Of a DNA stretch of 36,127 nucleotides, positions 27,212 to 36,127 are shown piece after piece. Below the pieces are notes generated by a model. That model was not told the DNA's origin. It worked only from the letters and a program-made list of their open reading frames with translations, and searched no databases. How positions within the stretch are numbered: position 1 is the first letter of the stretch; every line of letters begins with the position of its first letter. Made by a program: the position numbers and the translations under genes. Origin of the DNA: Thermoplasmata archaeon (GTDB lineage: Archaea; Thermoplasmatota; Thermoplasmata; Lutacidiplasmatales; UBA184); NCBI GenBank assembly GCA_030040865.1, contig JASHSX010000013.1, positions 1 to 36,127 of the forward strand, given 5' to 3'.

Positions 27212-30200
27212 TCACGTCGAGCGTCGACGCCGCCACAGGAACACCGCGGCGAGCACGGCCGCTCCGGCGAACACGAGGCCGCCCACGATCGCCGCGACGT
27301 CCGTCGAGCTCAGCGCGGGCGAGGCCGCCGCGGGAGCCGACGTCGTCTGAAGCGCCGAGAGCTGGATCGTGATCGAGGTGGTCGTACCGGGAGACACCGT
27401 CACGTTGTTGCTGTAGGGCGCGTAGCCGCTCGCCGACGCAGTGATCGAGTGGACCCCGGGCGCCAGCGTGAGCGAGAACGTGCCTCCGGAGCTTGCGACG
27501 ACGGCGCCGTCCACCCAGACGTTCGCGGCGGCCGGGACGACGGAACCCGCGAGCGTCCCCGGCTGGGGCGTGAAGACGACCGCCTGGTAGCCGCCCGAGG
27601 TTCCGACCGTGATGGCTCCCGAGGCGGGGGCGACCGTGTAGCCGGCGACATTCGGCACGGAGAACGAGTAGTCCCCGGCCTTCACCTCGGTCACCTGGAC
27701 GCTCGCGTTCGACGAGAGCGTGGTGCCGTAGAACGAGACGGACCACGTCGTCCCCGCCGTGAGGCCCGTCTCGGCGAACTCGGCCAGGTAGAGGCCGCCC
27801 GAGCCCGTCGAAGTAGGTTGCGAGTAGTCGATCGTGGTCGGGGACGCCCCGCCGAGGACGGTGATGTACCCGACGGGATCCGGACTCTCGTAGCCGGCCA
27901 CTGCGCCGGCGGTGAAGTTGTAGGTACCGTTCGGTAAGGCGAAGATGATCGGTTGGCCTGCGGCTGCCGACCCGGTCCACGGCGGAACGGCCACGCTCCA
28001 GGTCGCGGTCGAGGGCAACCCGGACTCGACGAAGTCCACCGGATAGGTGGTCGTGGTGAGGCTGAGCGGGCAATAGTCGCCGCCGTCGGCGATATCCCCC
28101 GAGTCCGTGAAGGGGAGCGGCGTCCCCGACAGGTAGTTCCCCCAGTAGTTGCCGCACTGGGTGTAGCCGTCCACGATGCTCCCCGAGAGCGCGTAGCCGT
28201 CGACCTCGCGGACCTGCGTCGCGGGCTCGACCCCCGAGAGGTTCCACCAGTCGAGGTTCGTCTGGCCGGCCCCCGTGACGAAGTTGCCGTTCGGGGCGTA
28301 GGCCTCGTAGGTGGTGGTCACGTAATTGTCGTAGATGAGGTCCCCCGGCTCGAAGCTCGAGATCCCGATCTCCTCGCCGTAGCCGTCCTCGCTCGAGGTC
28401 TGGAGTCCGGGCACGATGTGGTTCCCCCAGACGACGTTCCCGCCACCCTGCAGCATCAGGATCGACACCCCTTGATCGACGAAGGTGTTGTCGCCGATCA
28501 GCGAGTCCGTCGCGCCCCAGAGGATCATCGTCACCAGCGGGAATTCGAGCGGCGAGAGCGGGAAGATGTGCCCGGTGTTCCCGAACCAGCCCGTGATGTC
28601 CGATCCGCCCCAGACGACCACGTTCGCCACATCGTAGAGCTCGAACTGGAGCTCGTTGGTCGTCGGAAGCCCGACCTCGGCCATCTGGACCGCGACCGCG
28701 GGCGGGTAGTCGACCGTGAACGACGGAGGGTTGTTGAGATCGACATGGACCGTCGAGTTCGTGAAAAAGACCCCGGAGAACACGGGGAACCAATCGTCGT
28801 TGATCTGCGCGAACAGCGGATCGAGCGGCGCGGTCTCGGTATTCTCGATCTCGTACGGCGACGCGGCCGTCCCCGCGCCCGATGTGGCGAGCGCCGCGTA
28901 CTCCGAGTTGTCCCACGCGTAGAGGGGCGTGTAGATCCCCTGCGACGGGTCCTGCGAGAGGGCGATGTCGTCGGCCGAGACGGGCGTCGCGCTGAAGAGG
29001 AGCGGTTGCGGGTCGTAATCGCTGAGTTCCGCGACACCGGCGTACTCACCGGGCGGCAACGTGTACGAGTACGAGGATGCCGTCTCGGTCGGCGCCCAGC
29101 CGGCGGTCGCCCGGTCGAGCGACGACCCGGGATTGATGAACACGAACGAATTCGCGGGAGTGATCGACCCGGTGAGCTTCTGCGCGCCGACGTTGCCGCC
29201 GGGGGTCTCGTTCCACATCGGCTCGACGATCGACGGCCCGGCCCCGAGCTCCATGGTCCCCGGGGTGGTGTAGTACTCGGCGATCCCGTCGGACGTCTCC
29301 GCCGTATCGACGCCGGCGTCGAGCGCGGACGGGGCGTTCTGATAGTCGTGGGTCGTGGAATTGTAGTACCGCAGGGTCGAGCTCGCGTTGAGGCCGAAGA
29401 AGTTGATGTTCGAGCCGGATCCGTCTCCTCCGAAGACGATCTCGGAGTCGTACGGGAGTCCCACCGGCGTGAGCTGCGAGCCGTCCACCAGGAACTGCGG
29501 GACGGGAGTGCTCCCGACGGCGGTGCCGGAATTGAATTCGACGGTGTCGAACACGCCTCCCCAGAGCTCGGCGCCGGAGAGGGTGCCGAGTTCGTAGCCG
29601 AAGCGGACGGTCGGGTAGGCGATCCCCCCCGACACGGTCAGACTGGAGTTGATGTAGAGGTTCGCGACGAAGGGGAACGGTAGGGTGTAGCCGGGTCCGG
29701 CGTCCCCCCAGAGGTACGGTTCGGCGCTGCCGTTCTCGAGCGGAGACGGGTGGAACGTGCTGACCGGTTGCGTCGCGCCGGAGTTCGAGAAATTCCAGAT
29801 GTTGTCGACGAAGCTGACGGAGTCGGTCAGCGGACTGACCCCGAGGACGTCCTGCGTCCAGAAGTCGTTGGTCGTATTGCCGTAGACGGTCGTGTTCGCG
29901 AGCACCGTGTTGAGCTGCACCGTGAACACGTCGTCGGCCCCGTCGAGGTAGAGCGAGTTGGCGTTGAGGATCGTCACCGAGGCGGTCCAGCTCGTGGTGT
30001 TGAGGGTGTACGGTTGCGCGGTCCCTGTGGTGTTGCGGACGCCGATGTCCCCGATCCCCATGGGGGCCGGGCTGCTCGGATACAGCGGATGGACGAACGC
30101 CTCAGGGGTAGTGCTGCGGTCGAGGAAGTTCGGCAGGAAGACGTCGTGCGGGGAGAACCGCCCTTCCTGCGTGACGCTCGAGAGGACGCTCTTCTCCAGC

Positions 30201-30415
30201 GACGCCGAGGCGGAGCCTCCGGCCTTCGCCTCGAGAACGGGGCTCGACGAGGTCGCCGGCGCGGGACCGGAACGGGCGAACGCCGACGCCGAAACGTGCG
30301 ATCCGACCCCGGAGGCGATCGCCCCGATCACGGCCAAACTGCTGAGGAGGACTGCCCAGCAGACGGCGTTCCGCCTGTGAATGCCGGTTATCGAGGATAT
30401 TCTGGCATCTTTCAT
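27212..30415 (-). CDS. Membrane-anchored thermopsin (peptidase A5) with a beta-helix-like region, ESGL-type Ig-like repeats and a PEGA-like domain
   Basis: PAPMGIGDIG, VQLNTVL, FWTQDV, FVDNIWNFS, YDSEIVFGGDG and DTAETS are thermopsin motifs. VDFVESGLP and AEFAETGLT repeats, ANVWVDG..PGVHSITASASGY, then TM plus WRRRRST. Start is ATG 30415 or GTG 30424. Confidence 0.92.
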   Translation of the reverse strand: MKDARISSITGIHRRNAVCWAVLLSSLAVIGAIASGVGSHVSASAFARSGPAPATSSSPVLEAKAGGSASASLEKSVLSSVTQEGRFSPHDVFLPNFLDRSTTPEAFVHPLYPSSPAPMGIGDIGVRNTTGTAQPYTLNTTSWTASVTILNANSLYLDGADDVFTVQLNTVLANTTVYGNTTNDFWTQDVLGVSPLTDSVSFVDNIWNFSNSGATQPVSTFHPSPLENGSAEPYLWGDAGPGYTLPFPFVANLYINSSLTVSGGIAYPTVRFGYELGTLSGAELWGGVFDTVEFNSGTAVGSTPVPQFLVDGSQLTPVGLPYDSEIVFGGDGSGSNINFFGLNASSTLRYYNSTTHDYQNAPSALDAGVDTAETSDGIAEYYTTPGTMELGAGPSIVEPMWNETPGGNVGAQKLTGSITPANSFVFINPGSSLDRATAGWAPTETASSYSYTLPPGEYAGVAELSDYDPQPLLFSATPVSADDIALSQDPSQGIYTPLYAWDNSEYAALATSGAGTAASPYEIENTETAPLDPLFAQINDDWFPVFSGVFFTNSTVHVDLNNPPSFTVDYPPAVAVQMAEVGLPTTNELQFELYDVANVVVWGGSDITGWFGNTGHIFPLSPLEFPLVTMILWGATDSLIGDNTFVDQGVSILMLQGGGNVVWGNHIVPGLQTSSEDGYGEEIGISSFEPGDLIYDNYVTTTYEAYAPNGNFVTGAGQTNLDWWNLSGVEPATQVREVDGYALSGSIVDGYTQCGNYWGNYLSGTPLPFTDSGDIADGGDYCPLSLTTTTYPVDFVESGLPSTATWSVAVPPWTGSAAAGQPIIFALPNGTYNFTAGAVAGYESPDPVGYITVLGGASPTTIDYSQPTSTGSGGLYLAEFAETGLTAGTTWSVSFYGTTLSSNASVQVTEVKAGDYSFSVPNVAGYTVAPASGAITVGTSGGYQAVVFTPQPGTLAGSVVPAAANVWVDGAVVASSGGTFSLTLAPGVHSITASASGYAPYSNNVTVSPGTTTSITIQLSALQTTSAPAAASPALSSTDVAAIVGGLVFAGAAVLAAVFLWRRRRST

Positions 30416-30453
30416 GGGCCCCACTTGTCAAACCGACCATGTAAGGACTCCCG

Positions 30454-30461
30454 ATTATAAA
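30454..30461 (-). promoter_or_regulatory. Archaeal TATA box of the thermopsin gene
   Basis: TTTATAAT on the - strand, 30-40 nt upstream of the candidate start codons. Confidence 0.75.
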
Positions 30462-30611
30462 GGTCGCGAACCGGCTCGGGGCCGCGTTCGCTCGCAGGGT
30501 ACCTGCTCGGGCGGCGGGTCAGACCCGGAGCGCTCGCGTTCTGCCGGCGGCGCACCGGGCACGGAGAGCTCGGCGCGGCTACGGGCCGTTCCGCGACGAT
30601 CTCGACGGGGC

Positions 30612-31235
30612 TCAGACGGAGGCGACCAGGAGACCGGGGAGAGAGAGGAGCGAAGGGTCGAGTCCGTAGGCGATCGTCGCCGCGCCGACCACCGTGAGCA
30701 CGATCACGACGATCAGGTTGAGGCGACGCTCGTCGACGCGCGATCCGAGCCGAGAGCCCAGGACGACGTCCCAGGCTGCCACGCTCACGAGCGCCACCGA
30801 GCCCGCGACGAAGACGACGAGCCATCCCCAGTCCGCGACAAAGACGATCTCGAAGATCATCGTCGTGTCCCCGATCTCGAGCAACAGGATCGTGAGGAAC
30901 GCCGCGAGAACCCCCGTACGGACGACCTTCACTTCCTCCGCCGTCTCCGGACCGCGGTGGAGGTACAGCCAGAGCGCGTAGACGATGAGGAACGTTCCGC
31001 CCCCGACGCGAAGCCAGCCCAGGTGATCGACGCCGAGGAGCGCGACGAGGGCCGCGCCCACGCTCACCGCGAGCGCGGTCGTCACCACGAACGCTGCGGC
31101 CCCGCCGGCCCACGTCGGCCGGGGCGGGTTGCGGGCCGCCAGCGCGATGAGCGCAAAGCTCGTCCGGTCGAACAGCTCGAACCCGCCGACGACGGCGAGG
31201 ACGATCAGGAAGCCGCCGAAGGCACCGAGGTCCAC
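30612..31235 (-). CDS. TMEM165/GDT1 (UPF0016) family cation transporter
   Basis: About 6 TM in two homologous halves, with ELFDRT and EIGDTT (family motif E-x-G-D-[KR]-[TS]). Confidence 0.85.
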   Translation of the reverse strand: MDLGAFGGFLIVLAVVGGFELFDRTSFALIALAARNPPRPTWAGGAAAFVVTTALAVSVGAALVALLGVDHLGWLRVGGGTFLIVYALWLYLHRGPETAEEVKVVRTGVLAAFLTILLLEIGDTTMIFEIVFVADWGWLVVFVAGSVALVSVAAWDVVLGSRLGSRVDERRLNLIVVIVLTVVGAATIAYGLDPSLLSLPGLLVASV

Positions 31236-31253
31236 CGCCCGTCCTGCGGCTCC

Positions 31254-31715
31254 CTAGGCCAGGTGCTGACGGAAGTCGTCGACGACCCGCTCGCAGTAGG
31301 CACAGGCGAGAACGACCGGCCGTCGGCTCTCGACCGCGAACTCGCTCTCGACCGGCTCGGGCTGGTGCGTGATGCAGTTCGGATTGGGGCACTTGAGCAC
31401 GCCGACGATACGGTCGGGGAGGTCGACGTTCCTCTTCGACTGGACCTTGAAGTCGCGGATGATCGAGATCGTGGCGGTCGGCGCGATGAGCGCGATCGCG
31501 TTCACCTTGCGCGGCGAGAGCTCCATGTTCTCGACCTTCACGATGTCCTTCCAGCCGTGCTTCGCCGAGCGGACGTGCATGGCGATGCTGACGGTCGAGT
31601 CCTTGTCGAGCGACTGCACGTTGATGATGCGCAGTACCTCGAGCGCGAGACCGTTGTTGATGTGATCGATCACGGTCCCGTTCTTGATCGGGACGATCTT
31701 GAGCTCGCGGACCAT
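31254..31715 (-). CDS. pyrI: Aspartate carbamoyltransferase regulatory chain
   Basis: IKNGTVIDHI, KDIVKVE, ALIAPTATISII, Zn ligands CPNPNCIT and CAYCE. GGTGA RBS. Confidence 0.98.
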   Translation of the reverse strand: MVRELKIVPIKNGTVIDHINNGLALEVLRIINVQSLDKDSTVSIAMHVRSAKHGWKDIVKVENMELSPRKVNAIALIAPTATISIIRDFKVQSKRNVDLPDRIVGVLKCPNPNCITHQPEPVESEFAVESRRPVVLACAYCERVVDDFRQHLA

Positions 31716-31719
31716 CGAC

Positions 31720-32658
31720 TCACCCCTTCCGTTTCGGCTCTCCGAGGACCGCGTCCAGCAGGGCCATCCGGACCGGGACGGCGAGGAACGCCTGACGGAA
31801 GTACGCGGCGTGCGGCGTCGCGTCGACCTCGGCCGCGATCTCCCCTGCCCGGGGCAGCGGATGCATCACGATGAGCCGCGGCTTGGCATGCGCGAGGACC
31901 GAGGCGTCGATCCGGTACGATCCCGCGACCTTCCGGTACTCGGCCTCGTCGGGGAACCGCTCCTTCTGGATCCGGGTGACATAGAGCACATCCGCGTCGG
32001 CGACCGCTCTCGCGATGTCGGGCTCGGTCGTTACCTTCGCTCCCAGGTGCTCGAGCGGCGCCTTGAGCTCCTCGGGAAGCCCCAGGGTCGGGGGTGACGT
32101 CAGGACGAGGTCGGCTCCGAACAGGGCGAGAGCGTAGGCGAGCGAGTGGACCGTGCGTCCGAAGCGGAGGTCCCCGAGCAGGACGACCCGAAGCCCCGCG
32201 AGGGTACCGAACGCTTCCTGCATCGTCGCGAGGTCGAGGAGGGTCTGCGTCGGGTGCTGGCCGGCGCCGTCGCCCGCGTTCAGGACCGGCTTCGCCGAGA
32301 CCCGGGCCGCGAGCCGGGCCGAACCCTCGTTGGGGTGCCGGATCACGATCGCGTCGGCGTAGCCGCTCAGCATGTGGATCGTGTCGGAGAGGCTCTCCCC
32401 CTTCCGCATCGAGGTGGCGCTCATGTCGGCGATCGTGATGCACGAGCCGCCGAGTCGCTGGACCGCCGACTCGAAGGAGAGCCGCGTCCGGGTGGACGGT
32501 TCGAAGAACGCCATCGCCACGATCTGATCCGCGAGCGGCCGGGACACCTTCGACCCCTCCGCGTACGGGATCATCCGGCGGCCCGCTGCGAGGATCTCCT
32601 CGATCTCCTCCCGCGAGAGGTCCCGGATCGAGATCACGTCGCGGCCCCGCAGCGACAT
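31720..32658 (-). CDS. pyrB: Aspartate carbamoyltransferase catalytic chain
   Basis: ATG 32658 (MSLRGRDVISIRDL). FFEPSTRTRLSFE, KGESLSDT, NAGDGAGQHPTQTLLD, YVTRIQKERF, MHPLPR. Confidence 0.98.
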   Translation of the reverse strand: MSLRGRDVISIRDLSREEIEEILAAGRRMIPYAEGSKVSRPLADQIVAMAFFEPSTRTRLSFESAVQRLGGSCITIADMSATSMRKGESLSDTIHMLSGYADAIVIRHPNEGSARLAARVSAKPVLNAGDGAGQHPTQTLLDLATMQEAFGTLAGLRVVLLGDLRFGRTVHSLAYALALFGADLVLTSPPTLGLPEELKAPLEHLGAKVTTEPDIARAVADADVLYVTRIQKERFPDEAEYRKVAGSYRIDASVLAHAKPRLIVMHPLPRAGEIAAEVDATPHAAYFRQAFLAVPVRMALLDAVLGEPKRKG

Positions 32659-32682
32659 CCGGGGCGCGACGGAGGCTCCCCC

Positions 32683-32688
32683 CATAAA
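32683..32688 (-). promoter_or_regulatory. TATA-like box of pyrBI; spacing suggests a leaderless transcript
   Basis: TTTATG on the - strand, ~25 nt upstream of the pyrB ATG, with no clear RBS in between. Confidence 0.55.
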
Positions 32689-32765
32689 GGCTCGGGACGC
32701 GCCCGAGTCTCCGGCGGGAGCGCTCGGCCCGAAACGCCTATGCGAACGCGCCGGCCCCCGAGCTC

Positions 32766-33710
32766 GTGGCGGACGGCGGATGGTCCTGGACCGCTCGCCT
32801 CCTCTTCCTGGTCGTTGTCGTCGCCTGGGGGCTGAATTACCCGTTCGTGAACGTCGGCCTCCACGACGCGAGCCCCCTGTGGCTCGCCACGCTGAGGGCG
32901 TCGTTCGGCGCGATCGCAATCCTTGCCATCGTCACCCCGATGCGCGCGTGGGGAAGGCTCGACGCACGAGGTCGACGGGACGCCCTCCTCCTCGGCATTC
33001 CGAACACCGCGCTGTTCTTCGGCCTCTGGTTCGTCGCGGCGCAGTCGGTGCTCCCGGGGTTCGCCGCGGTCGTGATCTACACCTTCCCGCTGTGGGTAGC
33101 GCTCCTGTCGGCGCCGGTGCTCGGCCAGCGACTCGGGGTCGGCCACGGGCTCTCCGTCGCGCTCGGGTTCGTCGGCGTGGCCCTCATCTCCCAGATCTGG
33201 GCCGTCGCGGGCGGCGGCGTAGCGATCGCTCCGCTGGTCGAACTGCTCGCGGCCGCGATCGCCTGGGCGATCGGCACGGTGCTCTTCCAGCGCCGGTTCC
33301 ACCGGGACGAACTCCCCGAGGCGAACGCGTTCCAGCTCTTCGGCGGAGCGGCCGCTCTGCTCGTCGCGACCCTCGTCATCGCCCCGACGCCGCTGCCACA
33401 CCCGAGTGTCACGTTGTGGATCACCGTGCTGTGGCTGGGAGTCCTCGGGACCGCCGTAGCCTACGCGATCTGGTTCCGGCTGCTCGGGCAGACGCGGGCG
33501 GCCACCCTGAGCGCGTATGTCTTTCTCGTCCCCGTCGTGGCGCTCGCGGCGTCGGCGATCCTGTTCGGGGAACGCCTTTCGATCGTCCAGCTTTCCGGCG
33601 TCGCGCTCGTCCTCCTTAGCATCTACGGGATCGCTCGGGTGCCTCGGGAGGGGAACCGGCAGGCCGCGTCCGAACCGACGCCGACGAAAAGCACTTCTTC
33701 CGGGGGTTGA
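32766..33710 (+). CDS. EamA/DMT family transporter (10 TM)
   Basis: AWGLNYPF, SPLWLATLR, VIYTFPLWVALL, LGTAVAYAIWFRLL, FLVPVVAL...LFGERL. Confidence 0.95.
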   Translation: MADGGWSWTARLLFLVVVVAWGLNYPFVNVGLHDASPLWLATLRASFGAIAILAIVTPMRAWGRLDARGRRDALLLGIPNTALFFGLWFVAAQSVLPGFAAVVIYTFPLWVALLSAPVLGQRLGVGHGLSVALGFVGVALISQIWAVAGGGVAIAPLVELLAAAIAWAIGTVLFQRRFHRDELPEANAFQLFGGAAALLVATLVIAPTPLPHPSVTLWITVLWLGVLGTAVAYAIWFRLLGQTRAATLSAYVFLVPVVALAASAILFGERLSIVQLSGVALVLLSIYGIARVPREGNRQAASEPTPTKSTSSGG

Positions 33711-33721
33711 ATGGCCGCCCG

Positions 33722-33916
33722 ATGTGCGAGGGGTGTCTTCGGGACGCGACCGAGGTCCTGTCGAACAAGCCCGCGTGCCGGTGCCGGAATTGCCGGGCCG
33801 GTGGGTATGTGATCCCGATCGATTGGGCGCCCGAGACCGGCCGGGTCGGACGCGCGCCGTGGTGCGCGTCGTGCCATCACTACATCTCCCCCAGCGGGCC
33901 GCCGGGCCGGAAGTGA
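33722..33916 (+). CDS. Small Cys-rich protein (64 aa), probably metal-binding
   Basis: MCEGC...CRCRNC...WCASCHH. Starts 11 nt after the EamA stop and fills the gap up to the convergent HAD gene. Confidence 0.55.
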   Translation: MCEGCLRDATEVLSNKPACRCRNCRAGGYVIPIDWAPETGRVGRAPWCASCHHYISPSGPPGRK

Positions 33917-33941
33917 TGGGTCCGGACCGGCTCCCCCACCA

Positions 33942-34712
33942 CTACTCGAGCCACCGGAGGAGCTGCGGATCGTCGAGTCGATCGAGACACGGGACGCCCG
34001 CCCGCTCCGCGTCCTCGCGTCCGAGGACCGGGTGCTCCTCGGGCGGGCGGCGGTCCCAGAGTCCGGTGTAGAGCACCGCCCCGAACCGCGCGTCTAAGGC
34101 GCCCCGTGCGTCGCGATCCCATCGGTCCCCCACGTGGAGGATGACTTCGGGGGCCAGGCCGAGGCGTCGCGCGGCCTCCCGAAAGATCGCCGGGTGGGGC
34201 TTGGCGTGTCCGACTTCGCACGAGGTCACGATGTACCGGAAACCGATCCCGCCTCGAGCCCGGAAGAACGCCTGCCAGCTCTCCTCCCGTCGCGCCGTAT
34301 CGGATATGGCCACCACCGGCACCCCGAGCGCGTCAAGTTTCGCGACAAGGGTCCGGGCCTGCGGATTCACCTCCGGCGGGTCGTCCAGAAGTCCGACCGC
34401 GGAGTACGTTCGTCCGATCTCGGCGAAGCTCTGAGCGGGACGGGTCCCGAGCGCGTCGACGTAACGACGAACGAGGTCCGCGGGGTCGACCTCGATCGCG
34501 TCGACCCCCCGGGTACGCAGGACCTCGTGAGTCTCTCGGATCGCGCGATCGAGGTCCTCGGAGGGGACCGGGCCCCGGCCCGGAGTGCCGAGGCTGTCCT
34601 GAAGGAAGCGGAAACGGGCCGGGTCGAGGGGCCCGTACGGCCCGGGACGCTCGATCACGGTGGTCGACCAGAGGTCCAGCGAGAGGGCCCGGAAGCGTCG
34701 CGAAGGGTTCAT
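33942..34712 (-). CDS. HAD-superfamily hydrolase
   Basis: ALSLDLWST (motif I variant), VAISDT (II), AKPHPAIF (III), LHVGDRWDRD (IV). Start is ATG 34712 or 34736. Confidence 0.9.
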   Translation of the reverse strand: MNPSRRFRALSLDLWSTTVIERPGPYGPLDPARFRFLQDSLGTPGRGPVPSEDLDRAIRETHEVLRTRGVDAIEVDPADLVRRYVDALGTRPAQSFAEIGRTYSAVGLLDDPPEVNPQARTLVAKLDALGVPVVAISDTARREESWQAFFRARGGIGFRYIVTSCEVGHAKPHPAIFREAARRLGLAPEVILHVGDRWDRDARGALDARFGAVLYTGLWDRRPPEEHPVLGREDAERAGVPCLDRLDDPQLLRWLE

Positions 34713-34856
34713 GTCCGCCGCGAGACGTCGACGCATCCCAGGATATCACTCCGGAGCCGTGCTGCCCGGTGGCCTTTGGGCCCAGGCGGTCGGCGAGGGG
34801 CTCGCTCCGGGCAGCAAGCCCCATTACGAGTCGAGCCCTCTCGCACCTTCCCCACC

Positions 34857-35891
34857 ATGGCGGCCCGGCCCCGCGTGCGCGCTCAACTCCTGCGTCGGCT
34901 CGAGCGTTCCCCCGAGTCCTCGATTCGGTGGAGGACCCGAGTTCGCGTCCTCGGCGAGCCTCGGGAGCGTGCCGGTATCCGCGAACTCGAGCGAACGATC
35001 CGGTCGTCGCCCCGGACCACCGCTCTGCTCCGACGGGCGTCTCAGCCCTCCGCTCCCGGGACATTCGGGGGAATCTACCGCTACTGGCAGGGCATCCATT
35101 GGGCGCTCACGGCGCTCGCTGACCTCGGGTATCCCGATGGGGATGCGGCGCTGACACCGGTACTCCAGCGCGCGCTTGGGATGTGGACCCGGCCCGACTA
35201 CGACCGAACGGTCCGGGTGACCGCCGCTACCGCCCGGCGACCGCAGCGGGGCGTGCCGATCTTGAACGGTCGGTATCGACGGTGCGCGTCGCAGCAGGGC
35301 AACGCCCTGCTGTATGCGTCGCGGCTGGCCCGGGCCGAGGAACCGGCGCAGCACCTCGCCGACCTGCTCGCCCGCTGGCAATGGGACGACGGGGGCTGGA
35401 ACTGCTCGCGATCGGCCTCGGCCCACGTATCGTCCTTCATGGAGACGCTGACGCCGATGCGGGGGCTCGCCGCGTATTCGACGGCCACGGGATCCTCGAA
35501 ATCCCTCTCGGCAGCGAGGCGGGCAGCGGAGATCTTCCTGGAGCGTCGCCTGTTCCGTCGTCGGAAGGACGGCTCGGTCATGCGGCCCCGGTTCCTCGAG
35601 CTCCACTACCCGTTGTACTGGTACTACGACGTGCTGGGCGGCCTCAAGGGAATGGCCGAGGTCGGCCGCATCAACGACCCCCGGTGCACCGAGGCCCTCG
35701 ACTGGCTGGAGGGGCGCGAGTTACCGAGTGGGGGGTGGCCGGCGGACGGCCGCTTCTACCACGTCTCGAGCGCGTACGAGCACGGGGCGGAGTACGTCGA
35801 CTGGGGCGCGCCGTCGCGCACCCGGGCGAACGATTGGGTCACGACCGACGCCCTCTTCGTGCTTCAGGCGGCCGGCCGTCTCGCGGTATAG
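34857..35891 (+). CDS. Conserved protein of the prenyltransferase/squalene-cyclase-like alpha/alpha-toroid type, function unknown
   Basis: ATG 34857 within track ORF 34134..35891. QW-like motifs WQWDDGGWNC and ELPSGGWP, plus QGNAL, SSFMET, LHYPLYWYYDVL, DPRCTEALDWL. Confidence 0.8.
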   Translation: MAARPRVRAQLLRRLERSPESSIRWRTRVRVLGEPRERAGIRELERTIRSSPRTTALLRRASQPSAPGTFGGIYRYWQGIHWALTALADLGYPDGDAALTPVLQRALGMWTRPDYDRTVRVTAATARRPQRGVPILNGRYRRCASQQGNALLYASRLARAEEPAQHLADLLARWQWDDGGWNCSRSASAHVSSFMETLTPMRGLAAYSTATGSSKSLSAARRAAEIFLERRLFRRRKDGSVMRPRFLELHYPLYWYYDVLGGLKGMAEVGRINDPRCTEALDWLEGRELPSGGWPADGRFYHVSSAYEHGAEYVDWGAPSRTRANDWVTTDALFVLQAAGRLAV

Positions 35892-35929
35892 GGTGTCGGG
35901 CGGGTATCGCCCCGGCGGTCGCCCGCCGG

Positions 35930-36127
35930 AGCGGCCAGGTCGTGGTAGTAAGCCCCGTTCTGTTTCAGGCAGCATTCGACTGCGCGCTCTCCTCGACGGT
36001 CGGGGAGACTCCTCCTCCCGTCGGTCAGGGCTTGCTCCCGGGGAGTCGGCCGTTTCACCAGATCCCGGTGGAGCCTCCGGGGCGGCCCCATCACCGTCCC
36101 ACCGGGCTGTGTCGTTTCTGCTCCGTG
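35930..36127 (-). ncRNA. rnpB: Archaeal RNase P RNA, 3' portion (5' part lies beyond the window end)
   Basis: The - strand reads, in the expected order, GCAGAAACGACAC ... UGAAACGGCC-GACUCCCC-GGGAGCAAG ... CGCAGUCGAAUGCUGCC ... ACAGAACGGGGCUUAC (35963-35948), matching conserved regions of archaeal RNase P RNAs. The exact 3' end is estimated. Confidence 0.88.

Noticed and set aside
35864-36094. 76-aa - strand ORF
   Set aside because: Coincides with the RNase P RNA conserved motifs and shows no protein features.
1-36127. CRISPR arrays, transposases, integrases, defence genes, rRNA or tRNA
   Set aside because: No regularly spaced direct repeats or recognisable motifs were found by eye. The repeats present are degenerate protein-level repeats.

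Overview
High-GC archaeal chromosomal window, most likely from a Thermoplasmata lineage. This is inferred from thermopsin, FxESGLPxGxxWSV surface-protein repeats, pyrB-pyrI, an HTH-CBS regulator, TATA-type promoters and an archaeal-type RNase P RNA. (1) 1-15330 (- strand) is an apparently co-transcribed five-gene cell-envelope cluster: a 1960-aa repeat surface protein, a Cys-rich vWA-like exported protein, two distant paralogues sharing a cytoplasmic tail (QAE[E/Q][K/R]RVTL), and a polytopic membrane protein fused to two Cdc48-clade AAA domains. The AAA gene is missing from the supplied ORF track because it runs off the left edge. This cluster is the best candidate for an undescribed system. 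(2) 15910-19643 holds a 14-blade YVTN surface protein and a small membrane protein. (3) 19810-27163 is an amino-acid biosynthesis cluster: tyrA, a chorismate mutase-aspartokinase fusion, thrB, hom, a MoaD/ThiS-like protein with a masked GG terminus, thrC and a divergent HTH-CBS regulator. (4) 27212-36127 holds a multidomain thermopsin, a GDT1-family transporter, pyrI, pyrB, an EamA transporter, a small Cys-rich ORF, a HAD hydrolase, an alpha/alpha-toroid protein and the 3' part of the RNase P RNA. No CRISPR array, tRNA, rRNA or mobile element was seen. Start codons were reassigned by eye from overlaps and RBS motifs. All family calls come from motif recognition, not database searches.
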